33,159 nt of DNA. It comes from Octopus bimaculoides (taxonomy: Eukaryota). A program made the translations under genes and the position numbers. The notes below the pieces were generated by a model. It was given only the letters and a program-made list of their open reading frames with translations. It was not told the origin of the DNA and made no database searches. Location of the stretch: positions 83,919,323 through 83,952,481 of the forward strand of contig NC_068985.1 in assembly GCF_001194135.2 (NCBI RefSeq). The letters are read 5' to 3'. The number at the start of each line of letters is the position of its first letter. Within the stretch, counting starts at the first letter, position 1. This document shows, piece after piece, positions 1 through 10,279 of this stretch.

Positions 1-150
1 ATGTATATATATATATATATATATATGTATGATGATCCTCTGTGCAGTTTCCATCTACCAAATTTCACTTACAAGACATTGGTTGACTTATGACTACAGA
101 AAACACTTGCTCAAGGTGCCATGCAAAGTTCAGTCTAAATCTACATGATC
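1..150 (-). mobile_element. Family A SINE head fragment (tRNA/CORE-like) with its (TA)n tract
   Basis: cagtttccatctaccaaatttcact...aacacttgctcaaggtgcca is the reverse complement of the head at 18645-18800; (TA)n lies on the expected side. Confidence 0.8.
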
Positions 151-221
151 GTTCTTCCAAGCAAACATGAGTTGAAAAAAAGAGCCTGTAATACTTTCCG
201 TTGAGCTACTAACTAGGAATA

Positions 222-395
222 TTGCCACTTTGTTTTCCATGCTGGCATTGGTTGGACAGTTTGACGGTAGCTAGTAAGCCAGAGAACTCCACCAAGCTTT
301 ACTGTCTGCTTTGACATGGTTTCTATGGCTCTTTGTTGTCTAATGCCAACCACTTTATAGAGTGTACTGGGTGCTTTTTACATAACACCAGTAGA
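222..395 (-). mobile_element. Family C1 (RTE LINE 3' end) diverged copy
   Basis: ttttccatgctggcattggttggacagtttgac...ctaatgccaaccact...gggtgctttt aligns with 19620-19770. Confidence 0.7.
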
Positions 396-429
396 GTCAC
401 CAAGTAACTTGCAGCACAAAGATTCATCA

Positions 430-560
430 ATATATATCATTATTTTAGCATCTTCTTTTCCATGCTTGTACGGGCTAAACAGAATTTGTTGAGGTAGATT
501 TCTATGATTAGACGTCCTTCATATCACCAACTCTCACCTGTTTCCAAGCAAAGTAATCTT
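430..560 (-). mobile_element. Family C2 tail fragment
   Basis: ttttccatgcttgtacggg...gaggtagatttcta...ctcacctgtttccaagcaa aligns with 18545-18645 and with the reverse complement of 17195-17300. Confidence 0.65.
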
Positions 561-721
561 TTCTCATGGCTTGATATGTTATCATGCAAGATTAGAAGTG
601 AAGGATACAGCTTGTATGACAGTGTTGCTCATTTACAACTATTGCGTGATGTCATGAAATACAAACACACACACACACCCCCGCCACACACACACAAACA
701 CTCATATTCTTTTTTTTTTCT

Positions 722-1068
722 ATTTGTTTCAGTCATTTGTCTGTGGTCATGCTGGAGCACTGCCTTGAAAGATTTTAGTCAAACAAATTTACCCCAGGAC
801 TTACTTTTTATATAAGACTGGTACTTATTCTGTCAGTTCCTTTTGCCAAACTACTAAGTTACAAGGACATAAACGCACCAACACTGGTTGTCAAGCAGTG
901 ATGGTGGGGAAGAGATAAACACAGTCACACATACACACACATACACACACATATATATATATATATATACATATATGTGCACACATACATGTACACACAC
1001 AACAGGCTTCCACATAGTTTCCATCTACCAAATTCGTTCACAAAGCATATTGATTAACCCCAGGCTTT
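722..1068 (-). mobile_element. Composite SINE A + microsatellite + tail D, 5' truncated
   Basis: 722-915 is the reverse complement of tail D (2190-2400: tttcagtcattt, catgctggagcac, ggtacttattct, ggttgtcaagc). 915-1000 is CA/TA repeat. 1000-1068 is family A (cagtttccatctaccaaatt). Confidence 0.8.
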
Positions 1069-1616
1069 GGAGTTGAAATTACATGGTTGCAAAGAGAATT
1101 TCTTCACCATTTCTTTTTAATCTTGAGGTTTGGGATTTCCTTATTTCTTTACAACTGTCTAATGGAAGTCAAGATTGTCTAAATGGAAACTTTGCACCTT
1201 ACATTTTTGTGTTTCTGTCTTGTTCCTACAGATTTTCTTTGACTGGTCTAAGAAATGTGTGGATATGATATTAAAAATTCCTGTTCCTTCTGCAGCTTAT
1301 AAAATTGATACTGCTAAACAGCTAAATCCATGGTTATTTTAAAAATTATGAAGTTATTGGAAATGTATAGGGTAACATGGAAAACATAATACCATTTGAG
1401 ATTATTTTTTTTGTCCTGAAGCATTTTTTCTTGAGATGCTGTAAAACTTATATCGGTAGTACTGAAGATGCAGTCTTAGATAAGAATGCCTTTGAAAACT
1501 AAATATTTTGCTATACACTTGTTACCACTTCTACTTTGAGAGTTGTAATCTTTTAATTATTATGTTAAGAAGTGAAGAAACTTAACTGTGGAATGAAGTA
1601 TAGATTGGTCTATATA

Positions 1617-2157
1617 NNNNNNNNNNNNNNNNNNNNNNNNNNNNNNNNNNNNNNNNNNNNNNNNNNNNNNNNNNNNNNNNNNNNNNNNNNNNNNNNNNNN
1701 NNNNNNNNNNNNNNNNNNNNNNNNNNNNNNNNNNNNNNNNNNNNNNNNNNNNNNNNNNNNNNNNNNNNNNNNNNNNNNNNNNNNNNNNNNNNNNNNNNNN
1801 NNNNNNNNNNNNNNNNNNNNNNNNNNNNNNNNNNNNNNNNNNNNNNNNNNNNNNNNNNNNNNNNNNNNNNNNNNNNNNNNNNNNNNNNNNNNNNNNNNNN
1901 NNNNNNNNNNNNNNNNNNNNNNNNNNNNNNNNNNNNNNNNNNNNNNNNNNNNNNNNNNNNNNNNNNNNNNNNNNNNNNNNNNNNNNNNNNNNNNNNNNNN
2001 NNNNNNNNNNNNNNNNNNNNNNNNNNNNNNNNNNNNNNNNNNNNNNNNNNNNNNNNNNNNNNNNNNNNNNNNNNNNNNNNNNNNNNNNNNNNNNNNNNNN
2101 NNNNNNNNNNNNNNNNNNNNNNNNNNNNNNNNNNNNNNNNNNNNNNNNNNNNNNNNN
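1617..2157. other. Assembly gap flanked by (TA)n
   Basis: Run of N. Confidence 0.99.
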
Positions 2158-2192
<35 letters not shown>

Positions 2193-2405
2193 CTGTTTGT
2201 CCCCCCAGCATTGCTTGACAACCAATGCTGGTGTGTCTACATCTCTGTAACTTAGCAGTTCGGCAAAAGAGACCGATAGAATAAGTACTAGGCTTACAAA
2301 GAATAAGCTCTGGGATCGATTTGCTTGACTATAAAGGTGGTGCTCCAGCATGGCCGCAGTCAAATGACTGAAACAAGTAAAATAGTAAAAGAGATAGTAA
2401 AGAGT
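2158..2405 (+). mobile_element. Tail D of composite SINE, preceded by (TA)n; head may lie in the gap
   Basis: Well-preserved gtttgtccccccagcattgcttgacaacc...gatagaataagtactagg...ggtgctccagcatggccgcagtcaaatgactgaaacaagtaaaa; matches three minus-strand copies in the window. Confidence 0.8.
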
Positions 2406-2926
2406 AATCTTCCACCGTGGAGGGAGCTGATTTCCAACAAAGCTACAAGGCTCCATCTTTGGGATGTTGTTAACACAGACAAATTCACATTTGGAACTTG
2501 AGGAAAGTCTTGCATATTTTTTTCTCTTCCACTCACAGATTGCACTTGTAATGTACGATTAGCTGGTCAATTTCTCTTTCTGAAAATCCCAGTTTATGTA
2601 TGTATGTTTGTATGCATGCATGCATGTATGTACATATGTGCGTGTCCATCTCTCTCTCTAAAAATATATATATATATAAATAGATAGATATAAATGTAGA
2701 TATATATTTTACATTTAATTTTAAATATTTGTTTATCCACCAAAAATGTCTTGTATATAATAGTGTATATCTCCAATTTCATTCCATAGTATAAACACAG
2801 GGGCTACTGCTGCGGTTACTACTACTACTGCTACAGTTTTTGCAGCTGATATTGCTATTACTGCTTCTGTTATCACTCTCAATACTTTTCAAAATGTTGT
2901 TTTTACTAGTGCCAGCAAGTTATACC

Positions 2927-2993
2927 ACTACTACTACTACTACTACTACTCGTAGCAGTAGTAGTAGTAGTAGTAGTAGTAGTAGCAGTAGTA
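2927..2993. repeat. (ACT)n directly followed by its reverse complement (AGT)n
   Basis: Read directly from the sequence. Confidence 0.95.
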
Positions 2994-3521
2994 TTGTTAA
3001 GCGTGCTATTGTCGCTGTGGTAGTTGTTATAGAAGAATACCAATATTCCATGAATTCCATTCTGACAATGCATATGAAGAAATTACATTACCCAGTGACT
3101 TCAAAGATTAAGAGATTGTGGCTCTGCAATGTAAAACCGATCATTTGCAAACATTCCCTGAGAAAGAGGATTTTAATATATGTATTCAATAAGTAGAGAA
3201 ACCTACCTTAGGTAGGATAATTGGCAAGGTTTTCTCCATTATAGCACCAAGGTTTTGATTTCTGCCTTCTTACAGAAATTCAATAACTTGACTGAGAAAC
3301 CAACCCATTTATCAATAGCTTCAAAGTAGATTGTTGTACATTGGATGGACATAGATATATGTCCATGCCTTTCATTTCTAGATTATATTTATATATATAT
3401 ATATTTGTGTGTGTATACATAAATATATATATATATAAATATATATATTATCTACAATTCATATGTACATCATATGTATGTGTGCGCATATATAACAGAT
3501 ATACATGTTTGGGTGTGTGTG

Positions 3522-4351
3522 NNNNNNNNNNNNNNNNNNNNNNNNNNNNNNNNNNNNNNNNNNNNNNNNNNNNNNNNNNNNNNNNNNNNNNNNNNNNNNN
3601 NNNNNNNNNNNNNNNNNNNNNNNNNNNNNNNNNNNNNNNNNNNNNNNNNNNNNNNNNNNNNNNNNNNNNNNNNNNNNNNNNNNNNNNNNNNNNNNNNNNN
3701 NNNNNNNNNNNNNNNNNNNNNNNNNNNNNNNNNNNNNNNNNNNNNNNNNNNNNNNNNNNNNNNNNNNNNNNNNNNNNNNNNNNNNNNNNNNNNNNNNNNN
3801 NNNNNNNNNNNNNNNNNNNNNNNNNNNNNNNNNNNNNNNNNNNNNNNNNNNNNNNNNNNNNNNNNNNNNNNNNNNNNNNNNNNNNNNNNNNNNNNNNNNN
3901 NNNNNNNNNNNNNNNNNNNNNNNNNNNNNNNNNNNNNNNNNNNNNNNNNNNNNNNNNNNNNNNNNNNNNNNNNNNNNNNNNNNNNNNNNNNNNNNNNNNN
4001 NNNNNNNNNNNNNNNNNNNNNNNNNNNNNNNNNNNNNNNNNNNNNNNNNNNNNNNNNNNNNNNNNNNNNNNNNNNNNNNNNNNNNNNNNNNNNNNNNNNN
4101 NNNNNNNNNNNNNNNNNNNNNNNNNNNNNNNNNNNNNNNNNNNNNNNNNNNNNNNNNNNNNNNNNNNNNNNNNNNNNNNNNNNNNNNNNNNNNNNNNNNN
4201 NNNNNNNNNNNNNNNNNNNNNNNNNNNNNNNNNNNNNNNNNNNNNNNNNNNNNNNNNNNNNNNNNNNNNNNNNNNNNNNNNNNNNNNNNNNNNNNNNNNN
4301 NNNNNNNNNNNNNNNNNNNNNNNNNNNNNNNNNNNNNNNNNNNNNNNNNNN
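3522..4351. other. Assembly gap between (TG)n and (TA)n
   Basis: Run of N. Confidence 0.99.
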
Positions 4352-4394
<43 letters not shown>

Positions 4395-4996
4395 CATATA
4401 TAAATATATATATCTCTGTTGCTCTCGGAATATTTTCTTAGGTATTTCTCTCCTCGCATCCATATTCTCAGCCACAGCACGTCCCTCCACTTCCCCTCGT
4501 TGATGTTATTAATGATATTGATGTATGAGAAATATTGGTATGATGTTATATACACAGTCAACTTGGAGCATGTCTGTGTGTATGTGTGTAGTGTGTGTGT
4601 GTGTGTAGATGCGTTGATGACACAAAAGCCGAGGAAAATGGAAAGATTTGATAATGTTGTACTGAGAAAGATTTCACTAATGAAGATATTCATTCAACCA
4701 AAGACTGGCATTTTTGGTTAAAAAGGAAACTGGAATGGAGGTGGGTGAGTTTATTTATTTATTATATAATTTTTTTTTTTTGCTTTTTTTTTATAGTTAA
4801 AATTAAAAGTTAAAATTAAATTAAAATTTAGAGCAAGCATGATGCAGAAACAGTATAAAACTAATTATAGATGATGTAGAAATGTAGGCTTCATAATTGT
4901 CGTTAGGACCGTCGACATACTCAATAATATTTTTATTATAAAACCCCCTCCCTTATTGCCATTACCTTTATCATAATCATCATCAACATATCAGCA

Positions 4997-5290
4997 TTAC
5001 TACTACTCCTACTATCACCACCACCACCACTACTATTGCCATCTTTACATCTACCATTCTTCTGACCACAGCCTTCTATTTCATAATGATCATCATCATC
5101 ATCACCAGTGATTGCAGCAGCAGCAACAAAACTCTATTTTACTCCTGTTACTGCTGCTACTACTACTACTACTACCACCACCACCACCACCATTACATCT
5201 ACCTTTCTTCTGACCACTATCCTCTATTTCATAATGATGATGATCATCATCATCACCAATGACTGCAGCAACGGCCACAAATCTATATTT

Positions 5291-5320
<30 letters not shown>
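4997..5320. repeat. Imperfect tandem duplication (period 148 bp) of a trinucleotide-rich unit
   Basis: ttacatctacc-ttcttctgaccac...ctatttcataatgat...catcatcacca.tga.tgcagca begins at both 5045 and 5193. Confidence 0.85.
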
Positions 5321-5325
<5 letters not shown>

Positions 5326-5908
5326 ATATACAGCTTTAATTTTCTTTTTTGGAGCTTCGCATAAAGTTTAAAGAGAAATGATAATGATGATGGTGATGCT
5401 TCTCTTTATATGAATTTACAATATGTTAAATTGTTCTATTAATATTATTACACCTTAGATGTAACTCGCAACAAAAGACTTGATATACACCTCGCTATTT
5501 TACTTTTACCATAATCAATGAGGTGCTAGGATTGCATGGAGATAAGCCATCATGAAAACATAGAAATGTGCTTTTGTAAGTTGCACAATTACACCATTGT
5601 GTAAATATCTATGTATGCACATGCATCTGTGTGTATGTGTGTCTATGTGTGTGTGTGCATGTGAGCTTAATGTAATTTTATTTTCTAGAAACCTCTTTGC
5701 TCATTTCTAATAAAGACATTCTGTCTTTTATTTTAATTTTCTTTATAAATATTTCATATTAAGACATGAAACCTGCAAGTTAGAGGAAGGGAAATGGGGA
5801 ACGTAGAGTTTTCAGAGTTTGCACATGAGCATGCATCATTAGTGCTGCAGTGATCTGAGGATCAAAACTGGATGATGCAAACTGTAACTGCTGAAAATTT
5901 TTCCTGTA

Positions 5909-6121
5909 ATATTGGCTTCACATTTTCGTGCAAGGCCAGTAATTTCAGGGAGAGGGTAAGTTGATCACATTGACTCCATTATTTGACTGGTACTTATTTC
6001 ATCGACCCTGAAAGGATGAAAGGCAAAATTAACCTCGAAATTTGAACTTAGAATGTAAGGATGGGTGAAATGCTGCTAAGCATTTTGCCTGGCATGGTAA
6101 TGATTCTGCCAGCTCACTTTC
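5909..6121 (-). mobile_element. Family B tRNA-derived SINE
   Basis: ggtacttatttcatcgaccctgaaaggatgaaaggcaaa...gctaagcatttt...gattctgccagctc matches 25688-25901; (TAA)n at 6123-6162 abuts the head. Confidence 0.85.
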
Positions 6122-6163
<42 letters not shown>

Positions 6164-6271
6164 TTCAGGCTATATTATTAGCATTATCCTGCATTTGAGA
6201 ATTTAAAATCACTTCTTTAACTTTCTAAGACATCTCAACGCTTCTAAAAGCAAACTTCGTTTGTTTGTTTA

Positions 6272-6540
6272 CATCATCATCATCGTTTAAAGTCCGCTTT
6301 CNNNNNNNNNNGCATGGGTTGGACGATTTGACTGAGGACTGGTGAACCAGATGGCTACACCAGGCTCCAATCTGATCTGGCAGAGTTTCTACAGCTGGAT
6401 GCCCTTCCTAACGCCAACCACTCTGAGAGTGTAGTAGGTGCTTTTACATGCCGCCGGCACAAAGGCCAGTTAGGAGGTACTGGCAATGGCCACGTTCAAA
6501 GTGATGTATTTTACATGCCACCTGCACATGGGCCAGTCCA
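6272..6540 (-). mobile_element. Family C1 (RTE LINE 3' end), young copy with (CAT)n tail
   Basis: 6312-6445 differs from 19639-19770 by 6 substitutions and 1 indel (manual count). Confidence 0.85.
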
Positions 6541-6555
6541 TCATAATTTGAATTT

Positions 6556-6570
6556 ATAATAATAATGATG

Positions 6571-6615
<45 letters not shown>

Positions 6616-6822
6616 TCAATCCTTTCTACTATAGGCACAAAGCCTGAGATTTATGGGGAGGGGACTAGTCAGCTACATTGACCCCAGGCACTTAATTGAC
6701 TCCGAAAAGATGAAAGGCAGAATTGACTTAGGTGGAATTTGAACTCAGAATGTAAGGATAGATAAAATGCCACTAAGCATTTTGTCTGGCATGCTTCTGA
6801 TTCTGCCAGCTCACCACCTTAA
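6556..6822 (-). mobile_element. Family B SINE with (AAT)n tail
   Basis: gatgaaaggcagaattgacttaggtggaatttgaactcagaa...gattctgccagctcaccacctta; (AAT)n at 6556-6615 on the 3' side. Confidence 0.85.
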
Positions 6823-7029
6823 AATTTGCTATAATATTGATTTTAAAATTTGGTGTAAGGTCAGTAATTTCATTGGAGAGGGTAAGCTGCTTACATTTAC
6901 CGTAATATTAGCAACTGCACTAATTCAATCAAACTGATAGAAATATTATCACCACCATCACCACTGCCACCCATCAACCCAGTTTGCCAAAGTCTTTAGA
7001 AAATGTTGGAGAGGAAGTGCTTTTGTTAT

Positions 7030-7467
7030 TACTGGTATTTTCTTTTACTTGCTCCACTTGGTGGACTACGACCAGACTGGTTTTAGCCAATCGAATCAAT
7101 TCCAGTACTTATTTTTTTACGTTGAGTACTTATTTAATTAGTCTCTCTTTGCAGAACTGTTAAGTTATAAGATAGATAAGCCAATACCAGTTGTCAAGAG
7201 ATTAGAGACATCATAAACACAAACACATAAACACACACACACATAAACACACAAACACATAAACACACACACACACATAAACACACAAACACACACACAC
7301 ACATACTTATGTTTGGGCTTCCATAAAGTTTCTGCCTACAAAATCTACTCTCATAAGGCATTGGTGGGCCTGTGACTATAATAGAAGACACTTGCACAGG
7401 ATGCCATGCAGTGGGACAAAATACAAACCCATGTGGTTGTGAAGTGAACTTCTTAACCATATAACCC
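7030..7467 (-). mobile_element. Full-length diverged composite SINE A + (TG)-rich microsatellite + tail D
   Basis: Tail D about 7030-7200, CA-rich tract 7212-7305, head A 7310-7467 (agaagacacttgcacaggatgccatgcagtgggac). Confidence 0.75.
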
Positions 7468-7554
7468 CTTTTTTAGTACAACTTGGAAACTTACTCAACT
7501 ATATTTGCTTAGAGGTTCTATTATTGTAATAATGTTGATTTTAGCGTGGACACA

Positions 7555-7680
7555 TAGCTACAAATTACAGAGGGTAAAGTTGATAAAAGCAACTGGTACA
7601 TTCTTTTCTATTAGTCCCACAAAAAAAAAAAAAAGGGAAATCAAAGTTGATCTCAGAAGGATTTGAACACATGGTATTGC
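7555..7680 (-). mobile_element. Degenerate family B SINE fragment
   Basis: aactggtacatt...caaagttgatctcagaaggatttgaac resembles the B central region. Confidence 0.45.
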
Positions 7681-7819
7681 ATCTAACATAAAAAAGAAAT
7701 AAATTCTACCTCAAACCAAATTAATCTTGAGGCTAGAGATTATGCAGATTTCTGACATGTTTAGGTGACTGAAAGTAAAAGACTCTTTCTTCCCAAACAG
7801 AATGTTATTCTATCACATA

Positions 7820-7980
7820 GTTAACCACCCACTCAGCTACAGCATACTCATTTTCAGCTACATGGACTAGAGCAATGTGAAAAGAGGTTTTTTGCTCAAG
7901 GACACAAAATATTGTTTGATCCAAGAATGGAACTCAAGACCTAATAATGATGAACCATCACCTTAACCACACCTTCACAG
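7820..7980 (-). mobile_element. Family F SINE fragment (CORE-like)
   Basis: ttcagctacatggactagagcaatgtgaaa...ttgctcaaggacacaa resembles the reverse complement of 22365-22400. Confidence 0.5.
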
Positions 7981-8404
7981 AATGTATTGGTCTGTATCTA
8001 AACCTCACAAGACATCTCTGTAACTCTTACCAATTCTGCTTTTCTAGAAGTTAAAGGGTTTACAAGCTACTTAAATTAACTCAGTTATCACCAGAACATT
8101 TTTATTGTCTTATTTTGAATCATTTCAACAAGATATTTACTTAAAGAACTGCTATAAAATCCACACAGTTCCCATGCACTAAATTTTACTTGTGTGGCAT
8201 TACTTAAGGCAGTTGTAGAAGACACTTACGGTGTCATGCATCAGGATCAAATCCAGAATCAAGTGAGCATTGTAACCATACAGTCATACCTGATCCACGT
8301 TTAAAGTCAGAGTTTTTCAACTGCTGACAATACACTCTCTCTAACCTAAGAACTTAATCGGTAACTATATTTACATATTTAAAATTTAATCTACATTGCT
8401 ACTC

Positions 8405-8815
8405 TGCCAGAGTAGCAATGCAGTTGTTCACTTCAAAACCACATGGGTTTGGATTCAGTTTCACTGCTTGGCCCCTTGGGCAAGCCTCTTCTTCTATAGC
8501 CCAAGGCCAGCCAAAGACTTATTAGCAGATTTAGTTGACAGAAACTGAAAAAGCCTGTCTTGTCTCGCTCCCCCCCTCTCTCTCTCACTCTTTTTCTCTC
8601 TCCATATATATATATGTGTGTGTAGAGAGAGAGAGCGAGAGGTAAAATGTATGTATTTGCATCACCTTCATAAAAATGTTGTCGTTCATTTTCAATCTTC
8701 CATGAAAATATGTTCAGCCAACAGGTAACATCATCTTACTTGAATAAAGGTCAGGGTTGGTGGCAGAAGGATATCTGGTCATAGAAAATCCACCTCAACA
8801 TATTCCATCAGCCCC
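8405..8815 (+). mobile_element. Composite SINE A + microsatellite + tail C2
   Basis: Head (aaccacatggg...ccttgggcaagcctcttcttctatagcc...acagaaactgaaaaagcc), CT/TA/GA tract about 8565-8645, then ttttcaatcttccatgaaaa...agggttggtggcagaaggatatctggtcatagaaaatccacctcaaca matching 17150-17270. Confidence 0.7.
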
Positions 8816-9279
8816 AGGCCAGTTTAGTTCCTCATGTAACCTGCTTATTGGTTACACATGTGACCATCTTAACTACCATAGGTAATACTCTGTATTCACA
8901 CCCTACATGTCCTACATGACTACATCTGACACTTCCATATTTAAAATATACCTAAAATGAAACGTTTAATATAGATTTTACACCCCTCTGCAATGGTGAA
9001 AATATCACTGACAATGAAAGTAAAAGAAATAAAAATATACTATGCACACTCTCCTGATTTTGTATTTTCTATAGACATAATTGTTAGAACTAAGGAGTTG
9101 TGCATATCATAGATGAAATGGAAACTTAACCTTTTAGATGAAGACCATTGCTAGAAACTACTATGAAGGAACTCTTCTTGGCAGATTGGTCTCTGCTTGA
9201 CATAAATCTGTTCCATTTTAGTGTTCTTTACTATGGAATATTCTATTTTCAATGTAGAAAGATTTATATAAGCTATTAT

Positions 9280-9695
9280 CTTTTACTGGCTTTATTCATT
9301 GGGCTGTGGTCATACAGGGTATTGCCTTGAAGGGTTCTTTTTTTTTAGTTGAACAGATCAACCTGAATACTTTTTCTTTTTAGTCTAGTACTTATTCTGT
9401 TCGTTTTGGTGGTTTCTGTTACCAAATAGTTAAATTCCAGGGATTTAAACAACGTAATACCCATTGCCAAGCCATGGTGGGAGAACAAATGCACATGCAC
9501 ACACACACACACACACACGCACACACACACACAACATATATGTACATATGATGGGCTTTTACAGTTTCTATCTATCAAATTCGCTCAGAAAATATTGGTT
9601 GGCCCAGGGTTATAGTTGAGGATACTTGTCCAAGGTGCAATGGGACTGAATCTGAAACACGGTTTCAAAGTGAGTTTCTAATGTACACAGCCATG
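9280..9695 (-). mobile_element. Full-length diverged composite SINE A + (TG)n + tail D
   Basis: Tail D (ctgtggtcatacagg, ctagtacttattctg), (CA)n 9498-9535, head A (cagtttctatctatcaaattc, acttgtccaaggtgc, gggactgaa). Confidence 0.75.
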
Positions 9696-10089
9696 CTTAT
9701 TAACAAGAACATTTTTTAAAAGGTATTCTATGATAGACTGGGTTTGGTGGTTGCAAGGGTGATGGGTTGGTGATTGTAAGGACAGTGGCAGAGGATTGGC
9801 AGAATTGATGGAGCAATAGACAAAATAAATGCTTTGTGGTATTTGTATTACTTTTACCCACCAATGGGGATGGATGAAATAAAATAAAACTCCAACTAAG
9901 TTCTAGGTGAATGTTAGGAAAAACTATGCACCCATTATCCATCTGCCAGTAAATTTATGGTCCTCTTGTACTTCTATCAGAAATTGATATTTTCCAGAAT
10001 CATAATGATAAAGTGTTCTGCTGTATATTTTTCTTATTCTTAATACTCTTTCCTCAACTGTTATCTAGCGTTTATATCAAAATTTATTG

Positions 10090-10279
10090 AATCCCCTCAT
10101 TATTTCCTTTCCTTCTTATTTGTTATCATCTTTGACATTTTCATTTTCATCTCCTTCCACCTTTTATCTTCCTTCTCTTTTATTCCTTTTTCTGACCTCT
10201 ATTTCCTTTTTTTTCATTTTTCTGATTTCTTTCTCATCCGTTTTCTGTCTTTTTTTCCTCCTCCTCCTCTTCTCTGCAG
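10090..10279 (+). promoter_or_regulatory. Long polypyrimidine tract ending in a CAG|G splice-acceptor consensus
   Basis: About 190 nt strongly C/T-biased, ending ctcctcctcttctctgcag|gtttgc; function not demonstrated. Confidence 0.3.

Noticed and set aside
1232-1342. Plus frame IFFDWSKKCVDMILKIPVPSAAY...PWLF* after a strong acceptor
   Set aside because: No donor or recognisable homology, and a competing minus-strand exon pattern overlaps it; cannot be distinguished from chance.
2535-2600. Minus-strand KLGFSEREIDQLIVHYKCNL with a GTGAGT donor, reminiscent of a death-domain helix
   Set aside because: Too short; runs straight into a microsatellite upstream; the only acceptor would cut the motif.
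3022-3190. Plus frame FHEFHSDNAYEEITLPSDFKD*EIVALQCK, faintly like a hAT transposase C-terminus
   Set aside because: Internal stop, weak resemblance, no supporting flanking motifs or TIRs.
1560-4693. Long ORFs of 200-400 aa in the ORF track (also 18672-19658 and 23731-24422)
   Set aside because: They are open only because they run through N gaps and (TA)n tracts.
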